64,000 bases of DNA from Gemmatimonadales bacterium (GTDB lineage Bacteria; Gemmatimonadota; Gemmatimonadetes; Gemmatimonadales; GWC2-71-9), in NCBI GenBank assembly GCA_965249575.1, contig OZ252244.1:256001-320000 (forward strand). Reading direction: 5' to 3'. The notes beneath the pieces are model-generated. The model was not told the DNA's origin. It saw nothing but the letters and a program-made list of their open reading frames with translations, and did no database searches. Below are positions 18,333-28,211 of this stretch, piece after piece. Within the stretch, counting starts at the first letter, position 1; each line of letters begins with the position of its first letter. The position numbers were made by a program, and so were the translations under genes.

Positions 18333-20408
18333 CTACCCGACCCGGAAGAGCTCCATTCCCCGCTCGTAGCGGCGCTGAATTCGTTGTCGAAGGAGGGCAT
18401 GCTCACCACGTCTCAATGCCGGGTCTCGGTCGATGAGATTCATTGCTGCCCTGCGAGCCGCCAGGACGAGGTCGCCATCTCGCGTCAAATCGGTATACCG
18501 CAGAACGAGGCCGCCCGATTGCCGTGATCCGGCAAGCTCACCCATCCCCCGCTCCTTGAGATCGAGCTCGGCAATGCGGAAACCGTCGGCGGTCTCGGCA
18601 AACTGCCGAAGCCTTCCCACCGAGGGGTAGTGATCAGTCAGGAGGATGCAGTGGCCCTCGTCACCACCCCGACCGATGCGGCCCCGGAGTTGGTGGAGCT
18701 GGGCCAATCCGAATCGTTCGGGATGCTCGATGAGCATCACGTTGGCTGTGGGAACGTCTATACCCACCTCAATCACGGTGGTGGCCACGAGCACGCGGGT
18801 CGCGCCATCGCGAAACGAACGCATCACGCGGTCGCGCTCGTCCGCCTTCATGCGGCCGTGCACGAGCCCTACGGACACGGGCGCGAGCGCCTTGGTCAGT
18901 CGTTCAGCCATCGTGGTTGCGGCCTTCAGGTCCGCGCGCTCGGATTCCTCGATGACGGGATACACGACGTACGCCTGCGATCCCTCACCGCACTGCGCCT
19001 TGAGGAACTCGTAAATCGCCTTCCGGTCTTTCCCCGAGCGGATCCCGGTCGAGACCTGGCCGCGGCCCTCCGGCTTTTCGCGCAGAACCGAAATATCGAG
19101 ATCCCCGTACAGCGTGAGTGCCAGAGTTCGCGGAATCGGGGTGGCCGACAACAGGAGCACCTCGGGCGACTCGCCCTTTGCGATCAGAGCCGCCCGCTGC
19201 TCGACGCCGAAGCGATGCTGCTCGTCGATCACCACCAGGCCAAGCGCCTTGAAGTCGGTGGCGTCTTCAATCAATGCGTGCGTACCAATCACGATGCTCG
19301 CCTCTCCCATTGCGAGTCGGCGGCGCACCGCAGATTTCTCCAGCGGCGTGAACCGTCCGAGCAGCCGCTCGGGCACGATGCCAAGCGGCGCCAAGAGCTT
19401 CGTGAGCGTGCGTCCATGCTGCTCCGCCAGGAGCTCGGTGGGCGCCATGAACACCGCCTGGTAACCATTTTCGACGGCAAGTAGCATGGCGAACAGCGCC
19501 ACGACGGTTTTGCCCGTTCCCACATCTCCCATCAGCAGCCGGTGCATGCGATCGCTTCCAGCCAGGTCGGCGGTGATCTCCCTAATGGCGTGTTTCTGGC
19601 CCTTCGTCAGCTGGAACGGAAGGGCGTTCTTCAGATTGGTCGTCAGCTGCTTCTTGAGATCGAACTGGAGAACCTTGGTTGGGCGTTTCGCGAGGTATCG
19701 CGCCCGCGCGACGACGAGCTGAAGGTCGAAGAGCTCTTCAAAGGCGAGCCGTCGACGGCCTGCTTCGACCATATCGGGTGACACCGGACGGTGCAGCGCG
19801 ACCAGCGCCTTCTCAAGCGGTACCATTTCCACCGCATCCTTGACGGACGGGGGCAAGACATCAACAACCGTGGACAGGATCTCGTCCAAGTGTGTTGCTA
19901 CGATGCGCCGGATGAGGCGATGGCTCAGGCCCTCGGTGGCCGGATAGACCGGCAGCACCATGCCCTGCTCGGGGGACTCATCTCCGTCGGGCTCGTCGGC
20001 ATCTGCAAGGATGACGTGCTCGCGCGGCACCGCTTGGCGGCCGTGGTAGTACTTCACCGGACCCGTCACGAGGAGAAGCTGACCCTGCTTGATGCTGCGC
20101 TCGAGAAAGGCCTGACCGGGCCAGGCGCATTCGATTACTCCGGAACCGTCCTTCAACACGGCCCGAAACACCCGTAGCCGCCGCCGCGTCGGGACCACGC
20201 CAGTCGACAGCACGCGACCCACCAGCGTCACCTCGTCCCCAACGGAGGCCCTTGCTGCCGGCGTCACGCTCCGCGCGTCGAGGTACCGGTGCGGGACGTG
20301 ATACAGGAGATCTTCGGCGGTGATGACGCCGATCCGCGCAAAAGCCTCGGCGCGCCGCGGCCCGACCCCCTTGAGGAACTGCACCGGGGTATCGAGCTGC
20401 ACGACCAT
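18333..20408 (-). CDS. recG: ATP-dependent DNA helicase RecG
   Basis: GDVGTGKT, DEQHRFG, SATPIPRTL, QLHQLRGRIGRG. Confidence 0.97.
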   Translation of the reverse strand: MVVQLDTPVQFLKGVGPRRAEAFARIGVITAEDLLYHVPHRYLDARSVTPAARASVGDEVTLVGRVLSTGVVPTRRRLRVFRAVLKDGSGVIECAWPGQAFLERSIKQGQLLLVTGPVKYYHGRQAVPREHVILADADEPDGDESPEQGMVLPVYPATEGLSHRLIRRIVATHLDEILSTVVDVLPPSVKDAVEMVPLEKALVALHRPVSPDMVEAGRRRLAFEELFDLQLVVARARYLAKRPTKVLQFDLKKQLTTNLKNALPFQLTKGQKHAIREITADLAGSDRMHRLLMGDVGTGKTVVALFAMLLAVENGYQAVFMAPTELLAEQHGRTLTKLLAPLGIVPERLLGRFTPLEKSAVRRRLAMGEASIVIGTHALIEDATDFKALGLVVIDEQHRFGVEQRAALIAKGESPEVLLLSATPIPRTLALTLYGDLDISVLREKPEGRGQVSTGIRSGKDRKAIYEFLKAQCGEGSQAYVVYPVIEESERADLKAATTMAERLTKALAPVSVGLVHGRMKADERDRVMRSFRDGATRVLVATTVIEVGIDVPTANVMLIEHPERFGLAQLHQLRGRIGRGGDEGHCILLTDHYPSVGRLRQFAETADGFRIAELDLKERGMGELAGSRQSGGLVLRYTDLTRDGDLVLAARRAAMNLIDRDPALRRGEHALLRQRIQRRYERGMELFRVG

Positions 20409-21295
20409 CAGTCGGCCAGCAAGCGCTCGGCGAAGCCGACGGGGTCGAAGACTTCGAGGTCGTCCAACCCCTCACCGAGACCAAGGAATCGAATGGGAAC
20501 GTCGAGCTCGCGCTTCAGCGCGACGACCGCCCCCCCCCGGGCCGTGCCGTCGAGTTTCGTGATGATGAGCCCCGTAATGGGCACCGCGTCGGTGAATGCG
20601 ACGCCCTGACGCACCGCGTTCTGCCCAACAGTCCCGTCCAGGACCAGGAGACTTTCGTGGGGAGCGCCCACGCGGCGGCGCGCCAGAACACGGACGATCT
20701 TTTTCAACTCCTCCATCAGGTCGGCATGGGTATGCAGTCGACCCGCCGTATCCACGAGGACGACCTCGATGCCCCGCGCCTCCGCAGACACCAGGGCATC
20801 GAAGGCTACAGCCGCCGGATCGCCACTACCGGTCACGTAGGGAACGCCCAGGCGTTCGGCCCAGCTCTGGAGTTGCTCGCTCGCCCCCGCTCGATAGGTA
20901 TCGGCGGCCGCGAGAAGGACCGTCTTCCCCTGGCGGAGCAGCCGGTGAGCGATCTTCGCGGTTTGGGTCGTCTTCCCGACCCCGTTCACACCAAGCATCA
21001 AGACAACAGCGGGCCCCGCGTCGTCACCGGAAGCCAAGGCTCCGGGATCGTCGGGGCCCGCGAGCACCTTGGCGATCTCATCGCGCAGGTTTTCGCGAAG
21101 ACCGTCCCAGTCCTTGAGTTGTCCTCGCCGGAGCTGTTCGTCGAGATACTCGGTCAACTCGAAGGCCACCGGTCCGAAGTCCGCTTCCAGAAGAACGTGT
21201 TCCATGCGTTCCAGGGAGTCGCGGTCGATACCCCGAACGAGCACGGCCACGTCGGTCAGCGCGACGCTCTTGATCCGCTCCCAAAGCTGGCCCAC
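20408..21295 (-). CDS. ftsY: SRP receptor FtsY (NG domain only)
   Basis: GVNGVGKTT, DTYRA, DTAGRL, TKLDGTARGG. Confidence 0.95.
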   Translation of the reverse strand: MGQLWERIKSVALTDVAVLVRGIDRDSLERMEHVLLEADFGPVAFELTEYLDEQLRRGQLKDWDGLRENLRDEIAKVLAGPDDPGALASGDDAGPAVVLMLGVNGVGKTTQTAKIAHRLLRQGKTVLLAAADTYRAGASEQLQSWAERLGVPYVTGSGDPAAVAFDALVSAEARGIEVVLVDTAGRLHTHADLMEELKKIVRVLARRRVGAPHESLLVLDGTVGQNAVRQGVAFTDAVPITGLIITKLDGTARGGAVVALKRELDVPIRFLGLGEGLDDLEVFDPVGFAERLLAD

Positions 21296-23128
21296 CTAGG
21301 GAAGGCCCCGCCGCAGCCGCCAGGCCCATTCCCCCACGAACGCCAGGACCGCAAAAGCGAACCACCACCACCGATCCCTCGGCCGGACCTCGACGAGGAC
21401 GTACGCGTCGCCGCCCTCGGTTGGCGGAATCGTCGGGTCGTGCAGACGGTGTTCGTCCGAATACCCCTCGACAGCAATCACGCCCCCGGCTTCCGCCACG
21501 TCCGGGGCCGCCCACTGGTACACGCCCGGATCGAGATCGAGTGAGGCAGCCCCCTCCCCGTCGAACCGAAGGGCATGCACTGTCGCCGTGTCCGCGCCCG
21601 TGATATGCACCACGACCGAGTCGGGCAGAGAGTCCGCGGTCCATCGGAACGCGGTGCCCCTGCCACGAGGTACAACCTCAGCGGCGGTGAGCAGGGCTTG
21701 CTCGCGCAGCGCCGCGGCGCCGAGCAGCCAGTCGACGCCACTGGCCACCACCGCTCGGTATGCCTCACGCGGGGCTCCGCCCCGGAACGCCCAGCGCCAG
21801 AAACCGCCCCCTGCCGTGACGAGTCTCCGGACGCCACCGGAATCGCGCCCGACCAAGACGGGCCGCTCGGTTCCCCTGCGACCGGAGCGCGCCGCCAGTC
21901 CAACCCAATCGGCATCGCCCGGCGCCAAGGGCCTCACCCCCGTGAGCGGCGGTACGGAATCCCACCGAACGGCCGCGAGACGGCCCGCGAGCGGTGATGA
22001 CGGGACATCGGTCCCAACGTACCAATCACCGCCGAGCGACGCCCCGCGGAGGTCCAGCCCCTCCGCCCAATGCCAGCTCGGCTGGCGACTCCGGCCACGC
22101 CACTCGGCCAGCGTCGCGGCTCTTGCAATCACGAGACCCGCCGACCGGGACGCTCGACGCACGTCGCCATCCGAAACCGCTGTCTGGGTGCGCATGTCTA
22201 CCCAGCGCCCCGGACCAACCCTGGCGAAGGAACGGACAGGCGCATTGACGACCTCGAGCAACACCGAGGCCAGGAACCGGCCTTCCCAATCCGGGGTGTC
22301 CACAACAACCGCAATGGCAGGCTGCTCGGTCACCGTCACGAGACGCCATCGCACATCATCTCCGGGCTCGGCGTCACCGGGTGTAGAGAGAGCGAACGTC
22401 AGGACGTGTGTGCCGGGCGCGAGAGACCCGGGGCGCAGTCTGAGGGTTCGACGGGCGACGTCCGTCCCCGGACCGAGGCGAAGATCGGTGCGCAACAGCC
22501 GGCGGCCACCGGTGCGGATCTCCAACTGCGATGTGGAGCTCGCCAGCTCCCCTTGCCTGGCTACGAGGAGGGTCACCGCAATCGAGTCACCGCGCTGCAC
22601 ACGGCGCTCGAGGTCAACGTCGATGATCGAGACGTTGGGCACCGTATCCCTTGGAAGGAGCACGAACCGCACGCCGCGCAAAAGGCTGGGCGGAATCGAT
22701 TGGCCGTCGGCAATTTCTCCATCCGTTACGACGATAACCGGCCCTCCGCGGGAGACGGCTACACGGAGCGCATCGGTCAGCTCGCTCGATCCGGCGGACG
22801 GAGGAAGGGTGTCGAGCCGCGCCAGGCCAGTCCCGAACATGAGCACGGACGCAGGCGACGGAGCCAATGCCAGGGCGGTGTCGAGCGCGGTGCGCCAGTG
22901 CCCACCTGGCCCGTCCATGCTGAGCGATCCGTCGAGCAATACCGTTGGCGGCGCGCCCGCCGCGCGGCTGGTACGGCTCGGGTTGAAAAAGAGTAGCGCG
23001 AGCGAGAACAGGCCGAACGTCCGGAGTGCCGCCAACCCCAACCCAGAGCGCCCCAGCCCCTCGCGTCCCAGATAGACGGCCAGCGCAACAGCCGCCGCGG
23101 CAACGCCAACGAGAATCACCGCGAGCAT
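21296..23128 (-). CDS. Membrane-anchored vWA-like domain protein
   Basis: N-terminal TMs, LLDGSLSM (DxSxS) and VVTDGE, Ig-like middle, C-terminal TM ending EWAWRLRRGLP. Confidence 0.65.
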   Translation of the reverse strand: MLAVILVGVAAAAVALAVYLGREGLGRSGLGLAALRTFGLFSLALLFFNPSRTSRAAGAPPTVLLDGSLSMDGPGGHWRTALDTALALAPSPASVLMFGTGLARLDTLPPSAGSSELTDALRVAVSRGGPVIVVTDGEIADGQSIPPSLLRGVRFVLLPRDTVPNVSIIDVDLERRVQRGDSIAVTLLVARQGELASSTSQLEIRTGGRRLLRTDLRLGPGTDVARRTLRLRPGSLAPGTHVLTFALSTPGDAEPGDDVRWRLVTVTEQPAIAVVVDTPDWEGRFLASVLLEVVNAPVRSFARVGPGRWVDMRTQTAVSDGDVRRASRSAGLVIARAATLAEWRGRSRQPSWHWAEGLDLRGASLGGDWYVGTDVPSSPLAGRLAAVRWDSVPPLTGVRPLAPGDADWVGLAARSGRRGTERPVLVGRDSGGVRRLVTAGGGFWRWAFRGGAPREAYRAVVASGVDWLLGAAALREQALLTAAEVVPRGRGTAFRWTADSLPDSVVVHITGADTATVHALRFDGEGAASLDLDPGVYQWAAPDVAEAGGVIAVEGYSDEHRLHDPTIPPTEGGDAYVLVEVRPRDRWWWFAFAVLAFVGEWAWRLRRGLP

Positions 23129-23829
23129 GCCAACGCCTCCTCCAAGCTAAACCGGCCTTCATGCAGGGCGCGACCCACAATCACCCCGGCCAGGCCCGCC
23201 GATCGGGCGGCCACGAGCTCCGCGAGACCCGACACGCCACCGGATGCTATGACATCTGCGCCGAGTGGCACGAGCTTCGCCGCCCCTCCCACATCGCAAC
23301 CAGCGAGCAGACCGTCGCGGGCCATGTCCTTGTACACCACGTGGCGCACTCCCGAGTCGATCGCCCGACTCACCAAAGCGGTGACGGAGACCTCAAGCAA
23401 TTTGCGCTCACCGCGCACCGCCGGCTTGCCGTTCCGAACATCGAGCGCAACCGCCAGGCTCGCTGCACCAGCCTCTCGAATGATGTGTGCCAACGCACTC
23501 GGAATAGTCACTGCGGCCGTGCCAACAATCGCCCTCGCGGCGCCCGCCTCGAGGGCAATCTGGACATCGCGTGTCGTGCGCAAGTTACCACCAACCTGGA
23601 CGGAGATGTTGGGTAGCCGGGTGATCCGACGGAGGACAGCGGTATTGTCCTTGCCGGTATCAAAGGCCCGGTCCAGGTCGACTATATGGAGCCAGGTCGC
23701 ACCCGCCGTCGCGAACGCCTCGGCTTGGGCTTCGGGTTCAGTGGCGTAGGGTGTCTCCCGGAGGTGCTCCCCTTCGACCAGCCGCACGACCCGTCCGTCC
23801 TTGATGTCGATGGCGGGGTAGATCTGCAC
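23116..23829 (-). CDS. hisA: HisA-family (ProFAR isomerase) TIM-barrel protein
   Basis: IYPAIDIKDGRVVRL, LHIVDLD, ARDGLL, IASGGV. Confidence 0.85.
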   Translation of the reverse strand: MQIYPAIDIKDGRVVRLVEGEHLRETPYATEPEAQAEAFATAGATWLHIVDLDRAFDTGKDNTAVLRRITRLPNISVQVGGNLRTTRDVQIALEAGAARAIVGTAAVTIPSALAHIIREAGAASLAVALDVRNGKPAVRGERKLLEVSVTALVSRAIDSGVRHVVYKDMARDGLLAGCDVGGAAKLVPLGADVIASGGVSGLAELVAARSAGLAGVIVGRALHEGRFSLEEALACSR

Positions 23830-23851
23830 CGACGACTAAGCCCGTGGCGGC

Positions 23852-25111
23852 TCAGTTACCACCCAGTACGAGTTCATAAGTCGCGGGACCGTCGAGCAGG
23901 AGGTCGTAGTGGCGGCGGAGGGAATCGAACTCTTCGTGTCTCGCATCCGGCAGCGGCTCGCCTTCTCCGAAATCCACCGATCTGGGATTCAGAAACCGGC
24001 CGTTCTTGAGAAACTCGTAGTGTACGTGCGGCCCGTTGGCCAGCCCAGTCATGCCCACGTACCCTACCACCTGTCCCTGTGCGACCCGTACCCCGGACCG
24101 AATCCCCCGGCGTATCCTGCTCATGTGAGCGTACCGGGTCTCGATGCCCTTGGCGTGCCGCACCTTGACCATCAATCCGTACCCACCGTCACGGCTGGCG
24201 AACTTCACCACACCGTCGCCCGTGGCGTAGATCGGCGTGCCCGTGCCGGCGGCGTAATCGACCCCGTAGTGGGCTCGCCAGCGACCCAACACAGGATGGA
24301 ACCGGCGGCCAGAAAAACTCGAGTAGATTCGCAGGTACGCGACCGGATTGCGTTTGAACGCTCGGCGCAGGGAGACGCCGCGCGCATCGAAATAGGTATT
24401 GCGCCCCTGGTCATCGACGATCACGTACGCGGTGTTCTCCACCCCCCGCGTTTCCAGCTTGGCCGATACCAGGCGGCCGTACCGCACGTCTCCGAGAGAC
24501 GAAGCAAGGCGGTCGTACAGCAGTCGAAAGCGATCACCGGGATAAACTTCTCGCGAGAAGTCGATGTCCCATCCGAACACGCCGTCCGCGAGGTCGGCGA
24601 TGAGTCGATCTCGTTGCGGAGCATCGAGCACCGAATCGGGAATGACTCGGTGAATCGACTCGTACAGCGAACCCTCGATGACGCCCTCGAACCGCATCGT
24701 TCGGGCGCGCCACTCTATCTGCTCCATCTCCCCCGTCCACCCGTCATCGCCCCGCCGCAGCTGGAGCCGCTGATCGGCGTCGAGTCGAACCGCGATGCCA
24801 GTCGGAGTGGACTCACCGACCGCGTATCGGAACTCGAAGACGCGTCCGGCTCGGATGCGGCGAGGATTGAGCGAGGGCGCGGCTCCGAGCACGTCATACA
24901 TCTCGTTCCCCGTGATCCCCTGTCGGCCGAGCAGCGCGGAGAGCGGCTCATCGAGATGCAGCGTGTCGGTACGCTCGGTATAGGCGAAATCCACGACGAT
25001 CGGGGGTGCAACTGGGAGCCGCCGAAGTGACCACGCTCGCCCTGCACCCCAAAACGTCCCCAGCGCCGCCACCGTGATCACGGCGCCCACGGCGTACCGG
25101 TGATGCAGCAT
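23852..25111 (-). CDS. M23 family peptidoglycan endopeptidase (MepM/OapA-like)
   Basis: N-terminal TM; HYGVD and PHVHY zinc motifs; TRYAHMS. Confidence 0.9.
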   Translation of the reverse strand: MLHHRYAVGAVITVAALGTFWGAGRAWSLRRLPVAPPIVVDFAYTERTDTLHLDEPLSALLGRQGITGNEMYDVLGAAPSLNPRRIRAGRVFEFRYAVGESTPTGIAVRLDADQRLQLRRGDDGWTGEMEQIEWRARTMRFEGVIEGSLYESIHRVIPDSVLDAPQRDRLIADLADGVFGWDIDFSREVYPGDRFRLLYDRLASSLGDVRYGRLVSAKLETRGVENTAYVIVDDQGRNTYFDARGVSLRRAFKRNPVAYLRIYSSFSGRRFHPVLGRWRAHYGVDYAAGTGTPIYATGDGVVKFASRDGGYGLMVKVRHAKGIETRYAHMSRIRRGIRSGVRVAQGQVVGYVGMTGLANGPHVHYEFLKNGRFLNPRSVDFGEGEPLPDARHEEFDSLRRHYDLLLDGPATYELVLGGN

Positions 25112-26274
25112 CAATCCATCTGTCGGCGGATAAAAGTCGGGATCTCCATTTCTGCGACCTCTCCCGGCTCCGCCTTGGGATTCGAGGGACCCCGGGGCGG
25201 CTGGGGTGTGGCCGGCGGCGGAGTGGGTTGGGGAGCGGAGGGGCGTGACGAGCGCTGAGGAAACGGGAGCACCCCAGGCATGCCGCGGCCGTGGCTGGCG
25301 CCCTGAACCGCCTCTTCCCTGTCGAAACCCGTCGCGATAACGGTTACCCGGATTTCCCCTTCCATCGCAGCGTCGTGCACGGCCCCGAAAATGATCTCAG
25401 CCTGGTCGCCGGCCGCGTCATGCACGATCTCACTGATTTGATTGACCTCCCCGAGGACGAGATCGTCGCCGCCCGCTATGTTGACCAGGACGCCCGTCGA
25501 GCCACCGATGGAGACGTTGTCGAGCAGCGGGCTGGATATCGCTTGCTGGGCCGCCTCGAGTGCTCGGTCGTCCCCGCGTCCGATCCCGGTTCCCATCAGC
25601 GCGGAGCCGCCGTTCTGCATGACCGTGCGCACGTCCGCGAAATCGACGTTCACGAGACCCGTGACGCTTATTAACGTCGAGATCCCGTGGGTGGCATGCA
25701 GCAGCACTTCGTCAGCCTTCTTGAGCGCCTGCTGGAACGGCACGTTCTTGCCCACTACTGCGAGCAGGCGCTCGTTCGGTACCACGATCATCGTGTCGAC
25801 GTGCTTTCGCAGCTCGGCGATGCCGATTTCCGCCTGCCGCATACGCTTCCGCCCCTCGAAGAGGAACGGCCGAGTGATGATCCCGACGGTCAGGGCCCCG
25901 ACGTCGCGCGCCAGTTGGGCGATGATCGGTGCGGCCCCCGTTCCAGTCCCCCCACCCATACCGCACGTCACGAAGACCAGGTCCGCGCCGTCCACAGTGT
26001 GGAGGACTTCGTCCCGGTTCTCCTCGATCGCCTGCCGCCCGATCTCGGGTCGCGCCCCCGCACCCAACCCGCGGGTCAGCTTCTTCCCGATCTGAACCTT
26101 CACATCGGCCTTGTTGTTGAGCAGCGCCTGCGCGTCGCAGTTGACCGAGATGAACTCCACTCCGGTCAGGTGCTCGTCGATCATTCGGTTTACGGCGTTA
26201 CCGCCCCCACCGCCGACGCCGACGACCTTCATGCGAGCGTTCTGTGAGACCGTTTCCTCGAGTTCGAAGACCAT
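25111..26274 (-). CDS. ftsZ: Cell division protein FtsZ
   Basis: GGGGGNAVNRM, GMGGGTGTG, NVDFADV, C-terminal EIPTFIR. Confidence 0.99.
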   Translation of the reverse strand: MVFELEETVSQNARMKVVGVGGGGGNAVNRMIDEHLTGVEFISVNCDAQALLNNKADVKVQIGKKLTRGLGAGARPEIGRQAIEENRDEVLHTVDGADLVFVTCGMGGGTGTGAAPIIAQLARDVGALTVGIITRPFLFEGRKRMRQAEIGIAELRKHVDTMIVVPNERLLAVVGKNVPFQQALKKADEVLLHATHGISTLISVTGLVNVDFADVRTVMQNGGSALMGTGIGRGDDRALEAAQQAISSPLLDNVSIGGSTGVLVNIAGGDDLVLGEVNQISEIVHDAAGDQAEIIFGAVHDAAMEGEIRVTVIATGFDREEAVQGASHGRGMPGVLPFPQRSSRPSAPQPTPPPATPQPPRGPSNPKAEPGEVAEMEIPTFIRRQMD

Positions 26275-26298
26275 GGGTCCCTCGTAGCTCTTGCTCAG

Positions 26299-27531
26299 TT
26301 AGAAAAAGTCCTGCAACCAGCGCTTGACCGGACCCAGAATCCGGCTCACCCCTACACCCCCGTCCGCCCCCAATTGCGCCTTCTGGCGGGCGCCGTACAA
26401 CACCAGGCCCACTGGCAGCGAGTAGCGCGGGGCCTGCACGCTGTCCACGAGTCCGCTGATCCCGCGATTCGGCCGCCCGTCCCGAGCCGGCATGGCAAAC
26501 ACGTCTCTCGCCAGCTCAACGGCACCGGCCAGGTGCGCGCCGCCCCCGGTCAGGACGATTCCGGCGGGCAGCGGATCGCTGAATCCCGCTTGATCGATCT
26601 CCCGGAGCACGAATCCGTAGATCTCGTCCATCCGTTGGTGAATGATGTGCGCCAGCAGCTCGCGATTGGTCTGACGCGCACCCTGCCCCGGTGTACCCGG
26701 TAGCTCGATCACCTCGCTGGGATCGACCAGTGGCTCGTAGGCGATTCCCCAGCGCTCCTTGAGCCGCTCGGCATCGACCTGGGTCACCTGGAGTCCCTGC
26801 ACAATGTCGCTGGTAACGTGTGATCCCGCAAAGCGCAGCGACGCCAGGTGCCGGACCTTGCCTTCCCGGAAGACGGCGATTGTGGTCGAACCGCCGCCCA
26901 AATCCAACAGCATACATCCGAGTTCCTTTTCTTCTTCGGTCAGGACGGCGAGCGCCGTGGCCAGCGGCTCCAGCACCAGGTCGATGATCCGATATCCGGC
27001 CCGCTCGACCGATTTCCGCAGATTTTGGGCTGCCGTACTCTGGACCGAGACCAAATACATCTCTACCTCGAGCCGGAGACCGGTCATGCCCAGCGGGTCG
27101 TGGATCCCGCCTTGACCGTCGACTTTGTACTCCTGGGCAATGTAATGCAGCAATTGCCGATCGGGCCCCAGGTTGATGGCTTTGGCCGAATCGTCCACAC
27201 GCTTGACGTCATCCCGACGGATCTCTTCCTCGGTCACGGCCGCTAACCCTACCGAGCTTCTACCAGCCACATGCTCACCCGCAATCCCGCAGTAGAGCGC
27301 CGGCACCTGCACACCGGCCATCCGCTCGGCGTCTCGGAGCGCCTGGACGATCGACCGCGTCGTTTCCTCGATGTCTCGGACCATCCCTCGCCGCACGCCC
27401 GACGCCTTGGCCAACCCGACGCCCAGCACCTTGGCGCCCGGCGCTCGGGCATCCCCAGTCGCTTCGGCGATCACGGCACAGGTCTTCGTGCTGCCCAGAT
27501 CGAGCCCTGCAACCAGCGCCTCGCGCTTCAC
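26299..27531 (-). CDS. ftsA: Cell division protein FtsA
   Basis: GLDLGSTK, VLEPLA, DLGGGST, VLTGGGA; upstream of ftsZ. Confidence 0.97.
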   Translation of the reverse strand: MKREALVAGLDLGSTKTCAVIAEATGDARAPGAKVLGVGLAKASGVRRGMVRDIEETTRSIVQALRDAERMAGVQVPALYCGIAGEHVAGRSSVGLAAVTEEEIRRDDVKRVDDSAKAINLGPDRQLLHYIAQEYKVDGQGGIHDPLGMTGLRLEVEMYLVSVQSTAAQNLRKSVERAGYRIIDLVLEPLATALAVLTEEEKELGCMLLDLGGGSTTIAVFREGKVRHLASLRFAGSHVTSDIVQGLQVTQVDAERLKERWGIAYEPLVDPSEVIELPGTPGQGARQTNRELLAHIIHQRMDEIYGFVLREIDQAGFSDPLPAGIVLTGGGAHLAGAVELARDVFAMPARDGRPNRGISGLVDSVQAPRYSLPVGLVLYGARQKAQLGADGGVGVSRILGPVKRWLQDFF

Positions 27532-28211
27532 GTCCGGCTCCGGCGCACCACCAGCCAGCCCGCAAACCGAGCGTCCAGCTCGGCATACCTGCGTCCTGTG
27601 CGGGCGAGGTGTCGGCGCACCGCACCCACCGCCCGTACCTCAGGACCGGTGGGGACCCCATCGAGCACTACTCGCCGCCCCCTCACATCGAGCCACACGT
27701 CACCGCGGTCGCTGCGCTGCGCCCCATCGACCTCGTCAAACAGAGTCGCGTCGCTCGAGCGCACGGCGGCCAGTACCTGCAGCAGAACGGTGTCGGCTCG
27801 CGGGACGAGCGGTAGATCCAGCCCCGTTGCGGCCGGGTCGTACGGCAACAGCCGGGCATCCCCGTCGAGCACGACCAGCCGTTCGGGTCCGGGCGCAAGC
27901 GCGACTGGAGTTCGCTCGCGCAGCGTCACGCGGATGGTGCCCGGCATTCGCCGGTCTACCCGGGCCGACTCGACCCCGACGATCGCACCCACTCTTCCCT
28001 CCAGCACGGACAAATCATCGAACGCATTGTGATCGAGTCGCAATCCGAGCGCGGCGATGACCGAGTCGGGCGCAAGGTAGCGCACGCCTACCAGCTCGAT
28101 CTGCCGGACGCGGAAGAAGTCGATTTGACGGGCGAGGAGAGGCACCACAAGGATCATCCCCAACCCCACCGCCAAGGTGGCGCCCACGACGACCCACTGA
28201 CGCTTTTTCAC
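27528..28211 (-). CDS. ftsQ: Cell division protein FtsQ/DivIB
   Basis: Basic N-terminus plus TM, POTRA domain (FFRVRQIELVG…PGTIRVTLRER), C-terminal LDARF; dcw position. Confidence 0.85.
   Translation of the reverse strand: MKKRQWVVVGATLAVGLGMILVVPLLARQIDFFRVRQIELVGVRYLAPDSVIAALGLRLDHNAFDDLSVLEGRVGAIVGVESARVDRRMPGTIRVTLRERTPVALAPGPERLVVLDGDARLLPYDPAATGLDLPLVPRADTVLLQVLAAVRSSDATLFDEVDGAQRSDRGDVWLDVRGRRVVLDGVPTGPEVRAVGAVRRHLARTGRRYAELDARFAGWLVVRRSRT

Noticed and set aside
21588..23075. 495-aa plus-strand ORF
   Set aside because: Antisense shadow of the vWA gene; Ser/Arg/Pro-rich with no motifs, as expected in high-GC DNA.
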